Shown here piece by piece: positions 24,580-38,706 of a DNA stretch of 64,000 nt. The DNA comes from Auanema rhodensis. Taxonomy: Eukaryota; Animalia; Nematoda. The translations under genes and the position numbers were made by a program. The notes under the pieces are model-generated. The model was not told the origin of the DNA and did no database searches. It worked only from the letters and a program-made list of their open reading frames with translations. Positions within the stretch are counted from its first letter, which is position 1, and the number at the start of each line of letters is the position of its first letter. The stretch spans positions 10,540,001 through 10,604,000 of the forward strand of contig OZ059894.1 of NCBI GenBank assembly GCA_964057225.1, given 5' to 3'.

Positions 24580-27500
24580 TTAGTTATAAGTATTGTGTTC
24601 ACATTGAGGATCTTCTGAGATCGGGACCATCCAGGGGCATTTGAGATTGACTTGTCCGCACGGATTGTGTCCAATAGCGCAATACCTAAAAGCAAAAATT
24701 GATAATCATTATACTTCATATTTCAACGAACCAGTCATGGTAGAAGAAGAGATACATTGTGATAAAGAGTACTGATACGTAAAATACAAGAGATATGATT
24801 TCCAGTCTTCTTATAACTGTTTGCCATCTGCTATTAAGATCATCTTGTGGTACAAGAGAAAGCATTTCTTGTCTAAATTTCACATTTAGCTTCTTAAAGA
24901 CTACTCTGTTCACCTTATTCCTGAGACACTTTTTTCGATATGAGTTACGCAACTGATGAGATCTTCTAGAACTTGCTCGAAATATTGGTAAAGAACCATA
25001 TTATCGTATTGAGTTACACTCAGTCGTCGTCTTAGAGAATGTCTTTGCGGTGTTACATTCTTGAAAATCATTAGGTAAACCATATCAATAATTGCCTTGC
25101 TACCTCGCTTGAAATTGGCGGTTGCATCTGGTATGAATTGTTGTTGTCTATAGACTGTCTAGGTAGGAGACTCAACAGGGATACGGCTACACCCCGTGCT
25201 TTATCACGGATACCGCTTTGTACGTGCCCATTGGATAAGAGATGATCCTGAAATTATGATTTCAATAATTTGAAATTAGGTATCTAGGTTACGTTCGCTT
25301 GTGGATCTTCAACATGTCGATGATATTGGCTTAATCTTCTAAAATATAATTATCTGTGAATAAGGGAACTGATATTCATATTCACCTTGCTATTCGTCGA
25401 GTGTTAATGTCAAACGCTAACCATTTCAAATACCAAGGAATATCATGCTTCACACGTACATCTCGTTCCAAGAATACAAACATCGATGTAGTAACTGTTG
25501 ATAATCCAATAATTGCCAATAAAATAAAGTAATAGAGCCCTTTAAATTATATTTTAAATGAATATTAACTGAAGTTTTTACCAATAAGAGGTATTCCAGA
25601 AAAGGAACCTCGACCTTTCCGAGATGTTGACATGCTGAACTTGGGCATATCCTCCACAATAGCTAATAAAATGACAGACATACTCATAAGTGTCATAATA
25701 CCTAATCGGAATTTCGCATCTCTACAAACATAAAGTAAATGTTAGATATCGGCTTTAAAATATGAAAATAGTTTTAAAGAAGAATTACTTACCGAACTCT
25801 TCCACTTGTACTAGGAGTATGGAATCCAACAACAGCTACAAGCGTTATAATGGTACTAGGAATTACCAAATTGAATACTAAAATCAAAAAATATGAAATT
25901 TAATGAAAGTAATTACAAAGATGCTGTAGTACAGTACTACATCATGACATCCGAAATGATTTGAAAGTGGTAGAAAGCACGAATTTGAAACAAACAAACC
26001 ATAATAGAAGCTTTGCCTCTCCACGACAAGATCAATGATAATCATTTCCCAAAATAATGGTGGATCCAAATAATCATACAAGAATCCATTAGATTCCACT
26101 TTACTTTCATTCTAAAAAAATAAATATTTATTTAATAGAATAGTCTATAACTTACAAATACAAGTTCCCATTCTTGATTGTCATAAAAGTCGATTAACGA
26201 TAGTGTTGGTGAATATAACGAGTACTTGATAGAATCATTAGAATGAGCCCAAGAACCAAACAAAAGTGTACATTTTTGTCTTCAAAAGTAAAGAATTATA
26301 TGAAAATTTTGTTTTTATTCAACATACTTATCAAATGGGAAAAATTTGACATCCAATTTACATAAACTTTCCGATGAAAATGGAATATAATACCGTACAT
26401 GTCCAGTATAGTTAACGCGTATATCATTATTTGATTGTAATTTAACAGCATCATTGAAGTTTAAACTATAAAATAAAATATTTGAATTCTTTTTAATTAA
26501 AAGAAAATTATATTTTTATTGAAATATAAATTATGATTTGTGTTTGAATATGGCTGGAACGATTTGTGATGAAGTGTTCAAGGCAACTTTTCTTACTAAC
26601 TGTATCAAATATCATATTCAGTTAGTTATACTTTCCATTTCATTTTTCATTTTTTTTGTCTCGTCAATAATAAGATGAAATGCTTTATATTCATTCATAT
26701 AAAGAATATAAAAAGGAAATTAAACAAGTCAAAATGAAGTATCTTTAGTATTGTTTTTGTAATTTCAATAAAATAAGTTCAACTTGATTAAAAACTTTTT
26801 TTATAATAAAGTTTATAAAAAGTTTTTTTATGCTCCTTGTTATGATTATTGGTGTTTATATCTCTTTCAACTTCGTATAATCTTTATATTTCAATAAGAT
26901 ATGTATGTACAAGTTGTTTCTAATTCAGAAGAATTTCATTCATTAAATTAAATAGATTTAGTACCCTAGTAATGTCTTTCTAATCAAATTTTCATTTTCA
27001 AAGTATTGAAAGTTCTTTTTTCCTTTAGGACTATATACAGAAAAGTTGTGTAATACTTGGAAAACAAAAAAAAAGGAAATGATAAAGCTTAAACTAGATT
27101 GAAAACCCGTTTTTTGAGAACAGTGTTGTCTTATATGGCAATCAATTGGCTATTTTACGTATTTTAGTCAATTACCTTGCTACATTTGTCTTAGTCTTTT
27201 CATCTTAAATCATAATAAAACTTAATTTATACAAGTTAGTTAAGTTATTATTAACTTTAATTATAACATATATGTTTATATAATAGATTTTCAGTTCAGA
27301 ATATCTTTATCTGACCATCGGAATTGATTCAAAAATTGAAAAGAAACTATTCGATTTGTGATAATTGAAACGAACACTGTTGTTCCTTTTAGTCATTAAT
27401 GCCAATCTATCACTATTTGATATCTGAAGATAAAGTAGGAAAAGTCGCCCAAGAACAGAACAGCTTTTCTCTCTCTTCATTCCTCTTTCTTCGACACTTT

Positions 27501-30500
27501 CTTTTCAAACGCAAAATAACTGCTTTTCTAACACATTGAAGACGGTGTTATACTCTCTTATATATATCTTTTTCTCTTTATATATATATCTAAATATATA
27601 ATTTTCTTATTTTATTTATTAAAAAAATATTTCTTTCTTAATATTTCTATTCTTAGAAATATTCTTTTTCTTTTACCTGTAATATAATGAAAATTCTGGA
27701 ATCCATATATCTGATGAAGTTAAGAAGATTTCTGTTGCACCTTCATAGCTTTCTGGAGACCATCTCAAGAATTCGTCAATCCAATACTGAAATATATTCA
27801 ATTTATCATTCATCTTTTCAATATTTTCATTTTTGTTTTCTTGATTTCAATTTAAAATAATGTTTCTTATTCACTTCTTTAGATGTGGTCCAGCATACTT
27901 TATCAGATTATTTTGATTTGTTGCTTTCTAATAGCATGGTCATCAGCTCAAGTTGCTAGCAAAACAGGTTTTTTCAATTTTTTCTTTGGATTTATCAAAA
28001 AGAAAAAAACAGATATGATTGGTCAACACTTCCTTTTTTGTAATTTTTATCCGATCATCCTTTCATGAACTTTAAAACTTGAATATGGAAATGCTTATCA
28101 GGTTATTATATGAACTTCCTCTAACTTTATTAGTTGAACTATTTTATAAAATTAAATGATGACTTTCAACTTTTTTTGGAAGTTCAACTGAGTTCACGAC
28201 GATTTTTTGTTCTTTTTTCTGAGAAAAAAACCTCTTTGTCTCTCAATCTCTCGATTTGTCTCTCTTTGCTAGATATCCCTCTCTTTCGTTATTTTCTTTT
28301 TTCCTCTTTTCTATATATGAGTGACGGATAGCCTACTAGGTCCTGAGGGAACAGTTCTGTCTGATTTTGTTCTCGTTCCCTCTCTCTCTCTCTCTCTTTC
28401 ATCCTCTGCCCTCTCATAGTATATCTATAGATCTGTCCGCTTACATCGTTTCTTAAAAGAAGTTTCATCAAAGATTTCTTTTTTACTTCTATCCGTGTCC
28501 CTTATGACCGGAGAACAACAAAAATTCAAAAATAAAACTAAAAACTGACGTCACTCGTTTTCTATCAAAACTGAGAAATTTATAGAAATTATATTTTAAA
28601 GCAAAACGGAATCAATAAACGTGGTTGCTTGACATTTAAAAAAACGAAATATGACATAGGTTAATAGCCTATATTAGGATTTGCAGAGTCTAAAGTCTAG
28701 AGAGCGATTTTTCATATTTTTTTCCAAGCGCTCCTTTGCAGCCATCGATTTCTGCTCAGTGGAACGACAAGACTGTGGAACTGGCATATGTGAAGCACAT
28801 CGACTAGGTAACAGGTGTAGATGTCCACGTGGTTGGATGGGTAGAGGATGTTCTCGTGGGTTTCATTGACCAAATCTCAATGTAGAAAACAATGCAAATT
28901 GAAGGACCATGTCAAGACGTGTATCGTAGTTGTGCGAGATGGAAAGAAGAACGCCGTTGTAGTTGGACAAGGCCGATTAGTCCATTCTTTGCTGACAACT
29001 GTGCTTTAAGCTGTGGATCTTGTGAATCTAACGGGAAACGTATTAAGAATTCAATATATTGATAGATTAAAATGGGAATTATTCAGGATTGCCTCTTACA
29101 TTACCACCTATCCTGGATAATATTTCTTGGCTTGTAGGTAGATGGGAAACACATACTAAAGCTGGTGACAGGTAAAAATCGTTAGGAACAGACAGTATAA
29201 ACGACTTGAATAGCTTTTCGATTTGACATATAACAGACAAGAATATGTTATTTTGCTTTTCCCCAAAAGAAATTTAAGTTATAACTCTTAGTAGGAAACT
29301 GCTTTTTGATATATTGCCAGAGCAATAAAATGCAATAACTCTTCAAGGCTTCCACCCATACTTTTTTCCATTTTAATCGTATTACTTGAATAAATCGCCT
29401 CAGGCTTTCCTTATATATATAGTAATTTTGCAGATTCCCTGAATTTTTGGATGGAGCTTATCGGGAGATACTAGAGGTTCAGATTTCAGATGTTCCGTCA
29501 TTTGATCGTCCCCCAGTTAATATCAGGTAAACAGCAAGTGATGTCAACTGCTCAAGGTTTCGAAAGGAATCTAGATGTTTTCTAATGGGATTGATCAATG
29601 AAGTTTTAGAAAATTCATCCATCCAATAGCCACTTTCACTCTCTAAAAGTACTTATGAGATTGAACGAAAATCAATTCAAATACTTGACTTCAAATTGAA
29701 GTTTAAATTGAAATGCTGACCGTATTTCAAGTTAGATGAGCTTTTACTTAAAGAATGATTATTAAAGTTCAAACATAAAAATAGAAAGATCAGATTGTGA
29801 ATGATGATTTTTCCATTACCAATTTAAATTTCTTCAGTACTTTGGCTATTTCTGTAAATGGAAATGATATTCATCGTGAACTTGGCTTCATGACAAGCAA
29901 ACCATTCAATGAAGATACCGGATTTATCGATTCTAATAAGCCTGAAGTTGGAGAAGATAAAGTTGCTATTGAGACAGTAGGAAATACTGGTAAGATTCAT
30001 ATATACGTTTTGTGATTTTCTTTGATTTATTTTCAAAATAACCCCTTTTGGTGGAAACGAGGATTGAAAATCTAATGTAATGTTTGAGTTTCTGTTGCAA
30101 AACCAGAAAAAAAAATTTTTTAAGGTTCAAAAACAGTTTTAGATTTGTTTTTTCATTGAGGAACTTAAAAATAATTGAAAAAACTGACTGTTTACCATAA
30201 TAATACATCATCTCTTCAAAGAAAAATGAGACAATTATGAATGATGTTAATGAAAGAATAACGTTTTTTCCAAATATTACAAAGTTCTTGATGATTTTTT
30301 TCCTATTTTTGTGATTGAATACATCCGTAAAAGTGAAAAAAATACAAAACAAAGCATGTAATGATAGGAAAACGAAATCTATTTTGAATCTTAGCTTCGC
30401 TTAATCACGTCTCTCTCGTTCACACCAACCCATAGCCCTATAGCACTAATCATATTCCTTCATACATACATCATATTTCTATTATTTTTTATAAAATAAG

Positions 30501-33500
30501 TAATATATTCATCATCTTCTCTACTCCCTTCCTTATAAAACTACATAAAGAGCAAAAACTTTTGCATTTAAGGAATTTAACCTCGATAAAGGATTAGATT
30601 CCCTCGTTGTACTTGATAAAATACTCAAAAGGAATTCTAAAGCTTTGAACAATACGTTGAGAGCTTGAGTTCCATGCTCTAAACTGATTCTCTTATTGAC
30701 ACAAGAGGTTACATTTTTTGTCCTGAGGGTACTCCAAGGCCTCCATACCATGTCCCCAGGGGAAAAGGACATGCAGAAACTGGTGGTGGTTTTGGTGCTT
30801 TTCTAAGGATTTTGTTGTATATTGTGCGTGAATGTAGGAATTGAAAAAAAAGAAAAAAAAGACTAAAAAAGAGGAAAAAATGAATAAAAATACTATAGAC
30901 TTCAACATACAACTATCCCATCAGCTTGTTTGACAAAAAATTGGAACTTCAGGCTTTAAGAGAGCATGGACGTCTAAGAGAGCTTTGAGTACATTACTCC
31001 ATTAAACGTTTTTTTCTTTTCAAATGTCATTTAGATCATTAATTGAGCTAGCTTTCTCTTTAGGATATTCAATTAGAAATTCACTTGAATGCCCAATATC
31101 CTTTTGAAATAGCTTCAATATGACTTCAACCGTGCATGAAGACGTCAGCGTCCCTCTCCCCCCTTCCTCTCATCGAAATGGCTCATTGAGAAACTTGTGA
31201 GAGCTTTATATGACCTCAGTGAAATTCAAGTCGAGTAATTTTTTAGTTCCTATATTGATGAAGCAGTAAGATATATGTGCATATACACGACATGAAAACG
31301 AAAGCTTTCAAGAGATATGGAAGGAGTTAGAAAATGCGTTCTTCTGATCCTGATTCCTCCGTAACGACAATGACGAATATCTTGACAACATTCTGTCGAT
31401 CCGTCCATCATTCATTACAAAGCTGTTCCGTAGTAAAGACAATAGAACCGAAGTAGTTTCGAAATGGCCATAGACAGATCATAGCAAAGAATGAAAGATC
31501 ATGTTTTCACATTGACGAAATAACTTTTCCTTTTCCTTCCCGCCGTTCTTTTCTTTGGAAGTAAAATGTAAGGAAGTATACAAATAATATGTATGGCAAT
31601 GTTTAGTATATTGAACTTTAGCTTTTAAAGTTTTAAAGTTTAATGAGGTTTTTGAGTTAAAATATAAGTAAATGTCAAAAGAATATTATTATTATTATGA
31701 TTTGATCATCATCATTCCTCTACAAAACTAATTAGTTGAATGAAGAATAAACTGAGCTAATCTTTACAGGAAGTATTGAACACTATGAAGAGTCAATGAG
31801 AGTTGATTCAAATATAAAGAATAAAGAATATGCTCTTAGAATTCAATCAATAATTGCATTTTAATAAAATAAAACCTTTTTTTATAGGAATGATAATCAT
31901 TGAAGAAGGAATTATAAGAGGACAAACAATTAAACTTGAAACAACTTATAAAAAATCTGTTTTGGGAGCAGGAAAAGAATTTCAAAATGTAAGTTTCCCC
32001 ATTTTAAAGAAAACGTTGCAAGTTCTTTATGATCTTCTATAGTCTCGACGTATGTTCCTTCTTATTCAACCTGATTTACTAGAAGAAAGAGTCATCATGA
32101 CAGATGCAAGAGGACAAACAAGAAAATGGCTCAAAAGGTAAAGTTCGTTAAAGATTTAAAAAAATAAAAAAATAAAATTTAGATATCGTCGAACATTTGA
32201 TTATTTGAATAATGTAGTTAGTGTTGATGATGTGGATATTCGTCTTCCTTAAGCTTTAAACAATTCAATGAGATCAAGAGAATAAATAGTAAATGAAAAA
32301 CTATATGATTAGAAATAATATAAAAATAAATATTAAATATAATAATAATAATAATAATAGTATAAACATACCAATTCAAAACTACCAGATAGGCTAATTG
32401 TATTTTTAACAGCATCCTAAATAAGGAAATATATAAATATATAATAGTATATACATATAATATATAAATAATAATAATATTAAAACTTACTAATTTAATA
32501 ATTTGATAAAGAAATACACTCATTGAAACTGATACAATCTTATTTGGATGAGTAACTGGACGTGTTCCTTTTCTATAATTATAAAATATAAATAATATAA
32601 TTAGCATATTAAATAATACGTGTACGTAAATATACGTGAAAAATTAAAATATATTTTGATTGATATAGATAATGAGATGAAAAAGATTATAAATATTATT
32701 TTGTTTATAATAATATAAAGAAATAACAAAATGAATATTCTTTTGATTTATAAATATTTTATTATTATTTATATATTTATATATACTTACTATATATAGT
32801 ATATGTTTTATATACTTCATATCTATTTATATCTTTTCTTTTAAGCTCAAAATTTTAATATTCTGTCATCTATGACTACAATCAAGTCTCTAAGGGCATA
32901 ACCAAGTATATGTATGTATGTAGTTGTCTAATATCTGATGTAATTCTTTATTTCTTTATAAAGAACATGTTAAAGATAAAAACATATGTATATAGTAATA
33001 GAAATAACCAAAAATGAATAATCTATTACATGAAAATTAGAAATTTAAGTTTTTCTTATTTTAAAATTTTTAGTTTTAAATATTCTAAATAAAGAATTTT
33101 TTCAGTTATTTTAGAATTCCATTTAATATCAAATAGTTTTGGCTTCAGTAGATTTGTCAAGAAAAAACTAAATGAAGTGCATCCATTTTAAATGATATTT
33201 GATGTTAAGTTGGGATTATGTATGATCCGAAACTATCGTTTCACATGCAAAACAAACAGGAAGTGACTGCTTTAGCAGTTTAGTCATACAGAAAGGCTTT
33301 TCTATTCAAATACTTCAGGGTTATTCGTTGTAGTTTTTACTTATAAACACATATATTCACACACACACACACATACACATACACACATATCTATATATAT
33401 ATAGTTAGTATAGTATAGTATACGTATAATAAATCAAAAGGTTACTACTTAAAACTCTCTTTAAAACAAATAAAAATCTTTTAATATTCAAATAATATTT

Positions 33501-35127
33501 ATATTAACTATTATCATTTAGATATGTATATATGTATGTATATCTATGCCCTTTTAGTAGATAATGCAACAGCAGTCTCAATTTTACATTGCAAGGTGTG
33601 CAAGCTTTTTAAGCCGGAAATAACTGCGAGCTGGCGATCATCTAATATCCGAGAAAAAGAGTTTCCGGTTTAGCAACTTACAAATATGAGGTGGAAATGG
33701 TTAAAGAAACGAAAAATGTATGAATTCAATTATGAATATTTGTACTTTCACAATGAAAAGTGAAGATTTTCATGAAAATGTGTATTCATATTGATTTCAA
33801 CAACATTCAGCCTCTAATATATGTTAACATATGTTTGATTTATAACATGCCATTAAGCTTTTTTTGTGTTAAAACTTTAAAACTTTTGAGTTTTTGCATG
33901 ATGAGCTTGAGAAGCTTTTACTAATCCGGAAATATTTTACCAATTAGCAACATTCCTTTCCTGATTTTGATGTAAATGAATATCTGCTACATATATACGT
34001 TCCCTTTTGCTAAATATTATTTTTTTTTGTTTATTTGCTGTTGAAAAGTATGAAATTCCTTTTTTTATTTCAAATTTCGAACAGCTGAACATCGACTCAT
34101 ATATGAAAAAGAGACATGAACGAGCTTTTGGTTAAGGCCCGTGCCATGAGGTCCGTGAATTGGGCGAGAATACAAGCTTTACCCTTCAAACCTCAAGCAG
34201 GCAGCTTAAAGTGTCAGAACGGAAAAGGAAAATGAGAGCAATAGAGAGAATGAGAATAAGAGAAAGATTCGTTGTGACCAATCAACTGTTCAGAGTTGAA
34301 ACGAAGAAAAGCAAAAGAAGACACCAACAAGAATAATGGCTGGCTATATCCTCTTTCACTCTACTGATACTCTTCGTTTTTTTTTGGCGTTATTTCCCTT
34401 TATATAGAAATAGAGAGAAAAGGAAAAAGAAAATGAAAAAGAGATTTGAAGCAAGTAGATGGTAGTAAATTCATTTTTTCTTTTTAATTTCCCTCTTACA
34501 TCTATTCTCTTCGTATTTAGCCTCTCATATGCATTCTCTCTATCATGACTTTGTGAGAGAGAAAAGAGAAAGAAAAAGAAAATCCTTTTTTTCCCATTAA
34601 TTCGTTGTTTTGCTCTCGCAGACTTGTATATCCTTTGCATTTTTCTCATCTGAATCTCATAAATCTACTCCGTATATCTTGGGCCTATATCAATATTTAA
34701 AAAAAAAAGAAGTTTGTGACCTTATCCATGGAAAATACTCCAAATACTATGTTCTTCTTCATTCAAAATATGTTACTCAGAAGATAAATGAAGGTAATAT
34801 GAAACACATGAAAGACTAAATTTGAAAACTCTGATGTTACACATCAGGACAGCTTTCCTCAGGCAACAATTCGGCCTAATTACGAAGCTTAGGCCTACCG
34901 AGATTGCCTTAATCGACCATTGTGTCGTCTCGTGTAAACAGATATCGATGAAGCTTGGGGTCGTCCTTCTTATTCTGAGGACAGACGGAACGTTTTGAAA
35001 ATCTGTTCTGGGTTTGATGGCTTTGAGCCGTTCTTCCGGCATTGATTTCTGGTTATAAGGAATCGATTAACTTAAATAGACATGAATAAATTCCGGTCAG
35101 ATCTTTACAGAGGGATAACAAGAAAGT

Positions 35128-35171
<44 letters not shown>

Positions 35172-36153
35172 GTGGATCATATAGGGAGAGAGATATATAT
35201 AGTGAGAGAATAGTTAAGATATAGAAAAAGAAGATAGAAAGAGAGTATTTGAAGTTGAATAGAGTGAAGAGCCGGAAGAAGAAGAATAGAATATGTGACA
35301 TTGGAAAAAGACAGAATTGTAAAGTTTATACTATAAATACTACTTATTCGTTTTACTTTTAGTATAAAAACTGTTAACTATACCTATAGTAACGAAGTAG
35401 ATCATCATGTAATCGATATGTAACAGGAATATCCTGTCGTTTTAATGTTCGAAAGTTCTCTGGTAAGAGGTAGTCGTTACGTCCGAAAGCACGACGATTA
35501 CGTGAAGCAATTGCATCATCTAGATGTTCATCGTCATCATAATCATCGTCATCCAATGGTGCACCTAATGGCATATGATATTCTCTGTAATAAACGTATA
35601 AACATATATACAATGTATATGAACATTTTCAAAATTTTGTTTATTACTTCTCGAAACTTTTAGATTTGAAAATGATTTTGATTTAAATAAGATTGAATAG
35701 AATACATATAGTTATAGCTAACGAGATCCTCTGTTTTCTGAGTAGTAATTTCATATTATTAGGATGGCGTTTTGGGACAAAATCTATTAGCTGTTGTTTC
35801 AGAGAATCTGGAGACAACTGAATTGTGATTGTCAAGCTAACGGACAGATAAAGTACATGTATTATGATTTTTATTTTATTTTCTGAGTTGAAAAATACGT
35901 TTTTTGGGTTTCTGACTCACTTTTATTGGGCAAAAGCTCAATTACTCACCTGGGCTTGAGTTGTTTCTTTTTTGAATTTGTAGAATCTAGGGCTATTGGC
36001 TCAATAACACTGTTGCTGTTGCTCTCATTTTGATCTTCCACCACAACAAACTTTGTATTTTGGCTATAAATGTAATCGGTCGGTACTGATGGCTGTTGTT
36101 GGCCTTCTTCTTGTCTAGACAGCAACGACGGCGATGATGCTGACGAAGAAAAC

Positions 36154-36184
<31 letters not shown>

Positions 36185-36383
36185 TTGTCGTGACAGTTGA
36201 CTTTGGAAACTTAGACAACGACGACGACGACGTCGCTGTGCTTTTAATGGTGTAGTCTTGACCATCAGTCCGAACATAAGGTTGTGAAGACGTGACGGCA
36301 GAATGGGAACGACGCGCCCAAACGACATCGTGTGATGACAGACAGCAAAAGGCACAAAGTAAAAGCAACAAACGACGTCTCAT
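24580..36383 (-). CDS. Cys-loop ligand-gated ion channel subunit (non-alpha, nAChR-like lgc group) with a long N-terminal extension
   Basis: Signal peptide at 36383. YRLHDDLLRYYR|KGTRPV spans the ~35385-32574 intron. WIDEFLRW..IWIPEF, Cys loop CKLDVKFFPFDRQKC, FGSW, M1 YYVFNLVIPSTIITLVAVVGF, M2 DAKFRLGIMTLMSMSVILL, M3 IPLIGLYY, M4 WQTVIRRLEIISLVFYV. No vicinal Cys in loop C. Confidence 0.9.
27883..32252 (+). CDS. MAB-7-like protein: signal/TM + EGF + ShKT + THAP4/nitrobindin-like (DUF1794) domain
   Basis: MWSSILYQIILICCFLIAW; EGF CSVERQDCGTGICEAHRLGNRCRCPRGWMGRGC; ShKT CQDVYRSCARWKEERRC...NCALSCGSC; LPPILDNISWLVGRWE...IHRELGFM...GMIIIEEG...YRRTFDYL. Lies entirely in channel-gene intron ~27790-32372, opposite strand. 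Confidence 0.85.
35131..35168. repeat. (GA)19 microsatellite
   Basis: Read directly; intronic in the channel gene. Confidence 0.9.
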
Positions 36384-37743
36384 CTCCACATAACAACTAC
36401 TAGAAAAATAAATAATTAAAAATTATTTTCATATCTCTCATTCTTTATATAGATAGATAGATAGATAGATATATATAGATAGATGTTGAAAATATTTAGT
36501 TAGTTATATGATATAATAAAGAAAATGTTTTTTTAGAAAGAAACTGAAGAACAATAGATAATAGGAAGTATAGGACGTAGGAAGGAAAAAAGAAGAAAGA
36601 AGATGTCCGTGGATATGCTGCTAAGAAAATACTTTTATTTTTTTTATAAATTAAACAACATTATTGTTTAATTAATAATTTATAAATTAAGATATATTTT
36701 ACTTTTTCTTAACTATATGTATATATATATATATACTTCTATTTACATATAGTATATATACATATCCATATATTTGAATTCTTGTTAAAGTCTTTCGAAG
36801 AAGGTTGTGATGGGCTAATGATTGTGATGGACTGACATCCAGCCAAACTTCAGAAAACGCCGAAGATTTCACAAAAAAAAAGAAAATAAACAGAACAATA
36901 TTGTTGAAGAAATGGGAATTCTAAGATTATATATATACATATATATCTAACTATATATACATATAGTTAAGTTGAAAGATAAGTTTATGAATTTAGTTAA
37001 AAACTAACATTAAAGGAATAATTAAATGGAAGAAAAATCAATTTCAACTAAGTTGAAACCAAACTTTCTGTTTGTTTGAGGATAAGGGAACTTTATCTGA
37101 AAATCTCATGAATGTATGAGATTCCATCAAACTTTTTACGAATTAAATGAAAAGATTATCATACAAATATAGTTAATTTTACTAATTTTAAAACAAAATT
37201 AATAAGAAAACATAAAAGAAATATGAAAACGTAAAAAACAAAACTGGAAAATAGTTGTACAAATTATAAAAACTATGGAATATTGTGAAAAGAAAAAGTT
37301 TTTAAAATTACGGAAAAAGAGAAGGATTTGTACAATTAACATAATAAAAAGAAATAAATAGAGAATATTAGTGATTATAGTATAAATAATTAAAAATGTG
37401 CTTTCTTTACCACATAGTATAGTAAATATATATAGGAACAAATCTTTAGAGTCTCTGTTATGCCTCTCATTCTCTCCCTCTCTCTCTCAACCTTTCTTTC
37501 TACCTCTCTCTCTATATGGTTGTGTGAAGATTGCTTGTTTCAGGACCTCTAGCAAAGTTAGTGCTTGCTGAGAGGGGTGTGCCTTCTTACGTCTTATATG
37601 GGCGGAGCATGCAATGGATAGGACTCCAGGGAAAGCTGGCAAGCTAAGCGGCTGCCTCTTTCTCTTTCAAAGCTTTGACTAAGGAGTAAACTCCTAGAAT
37701 GTTAAAACAAAGGATATTGAAGAGTGAGAAATACTGAGAGAGA

Positions 37744-37779
<36 letters not shown>

Positions 37780-38706
37780 GAGATAATGATGAGAATGTGA
37801 AAAACTCTGTGAACTGAAAAATTATGTTTAAGATAATTTTCTAGTAGATATGAAACTACAAAAAAAGATCAAAAGTTTGATAATATCATATTCATATTGT
37901 ATATATACAAATACAAAATATATTAATATTGTATACTATATCCTTTTATTAAAGTTCAAAATAATATTTTGAATTATTACAGTATGCTTATATGAACATT
38001 ATAATCTTAATTATATTAAATATAATAAAAGAAAAATAATTATTTCCATAAGAATATATGAAGTTGTGTGTTGAGAAATCTTTATCAAACTTCAAATATC
38101 TTCTATTGGCTGTGAAAGTGTTAGACAAGATTGAAGATTGGTAGACGGAGAGACGAATAGAAAGCGGGTAATATATGGATATACAACGCTTCGGGACAAT
38201 CTCATCTGGCTTGTCATGCTTTGCCCTCAGGAGGACGATGACCCTGAAGAGGGAAGAAGGCTATCGTTCCTCTCGCTTTTCCTCTGTTATTTCCTATATT
38301 TTTCCCTTTTCTTCTTTATCTTCCTAGACATACATATTTGAGTTAAAGCTATGAAACTATGGAAGAGCATCGACTGAAATTATATTTGAAAATATTGAGA
38401 TACGTAAAAAATTATTTGTTTTCTGTTCATTTTGTAATTACATCATATACGTATAAATACATATATTCATAGACATATATGTATATATATTATTATATTT
38501 TATACTAATTATACATATAAATTAATTATATTATTATTATTATTTTTCAAAAAAATTTAATGAATTGATTTTTGATTGATATCAAATGGAATGATAACAC
38601 TGGCATAGATCGGGTAATTAGCATATTTTATGACTTGAACAACTTCATTTTTATTGTTAAAATCAAGAGAATCGGTTGTATTTATTAAATATTTAATTAA
38701 TCATAA

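Noticed and set aside
30533-30912. Minus-strand ORFs suggesting a third level of gene nesting
   Set aside because: No convincing splice sites or protein features; only a 7-bp hairpin and regulatory-like motifs.
34773-35042. 89-aa ORF in a channel-gene intron
   Set aside because: Not needed for the channel reading frame and no recognisable similarity.
33600-35300. Cluster of CCGGAA ETS-like cores
   Set aside because: The same hexamer recurs through much of the window, so local enrichment cannot be shown by eye.
35374-36389. Separate secreted or neuropeptide-like gene
   Set aside because: Its last exon splices in phase into KGTRPV, so it is the channel N-terminus.
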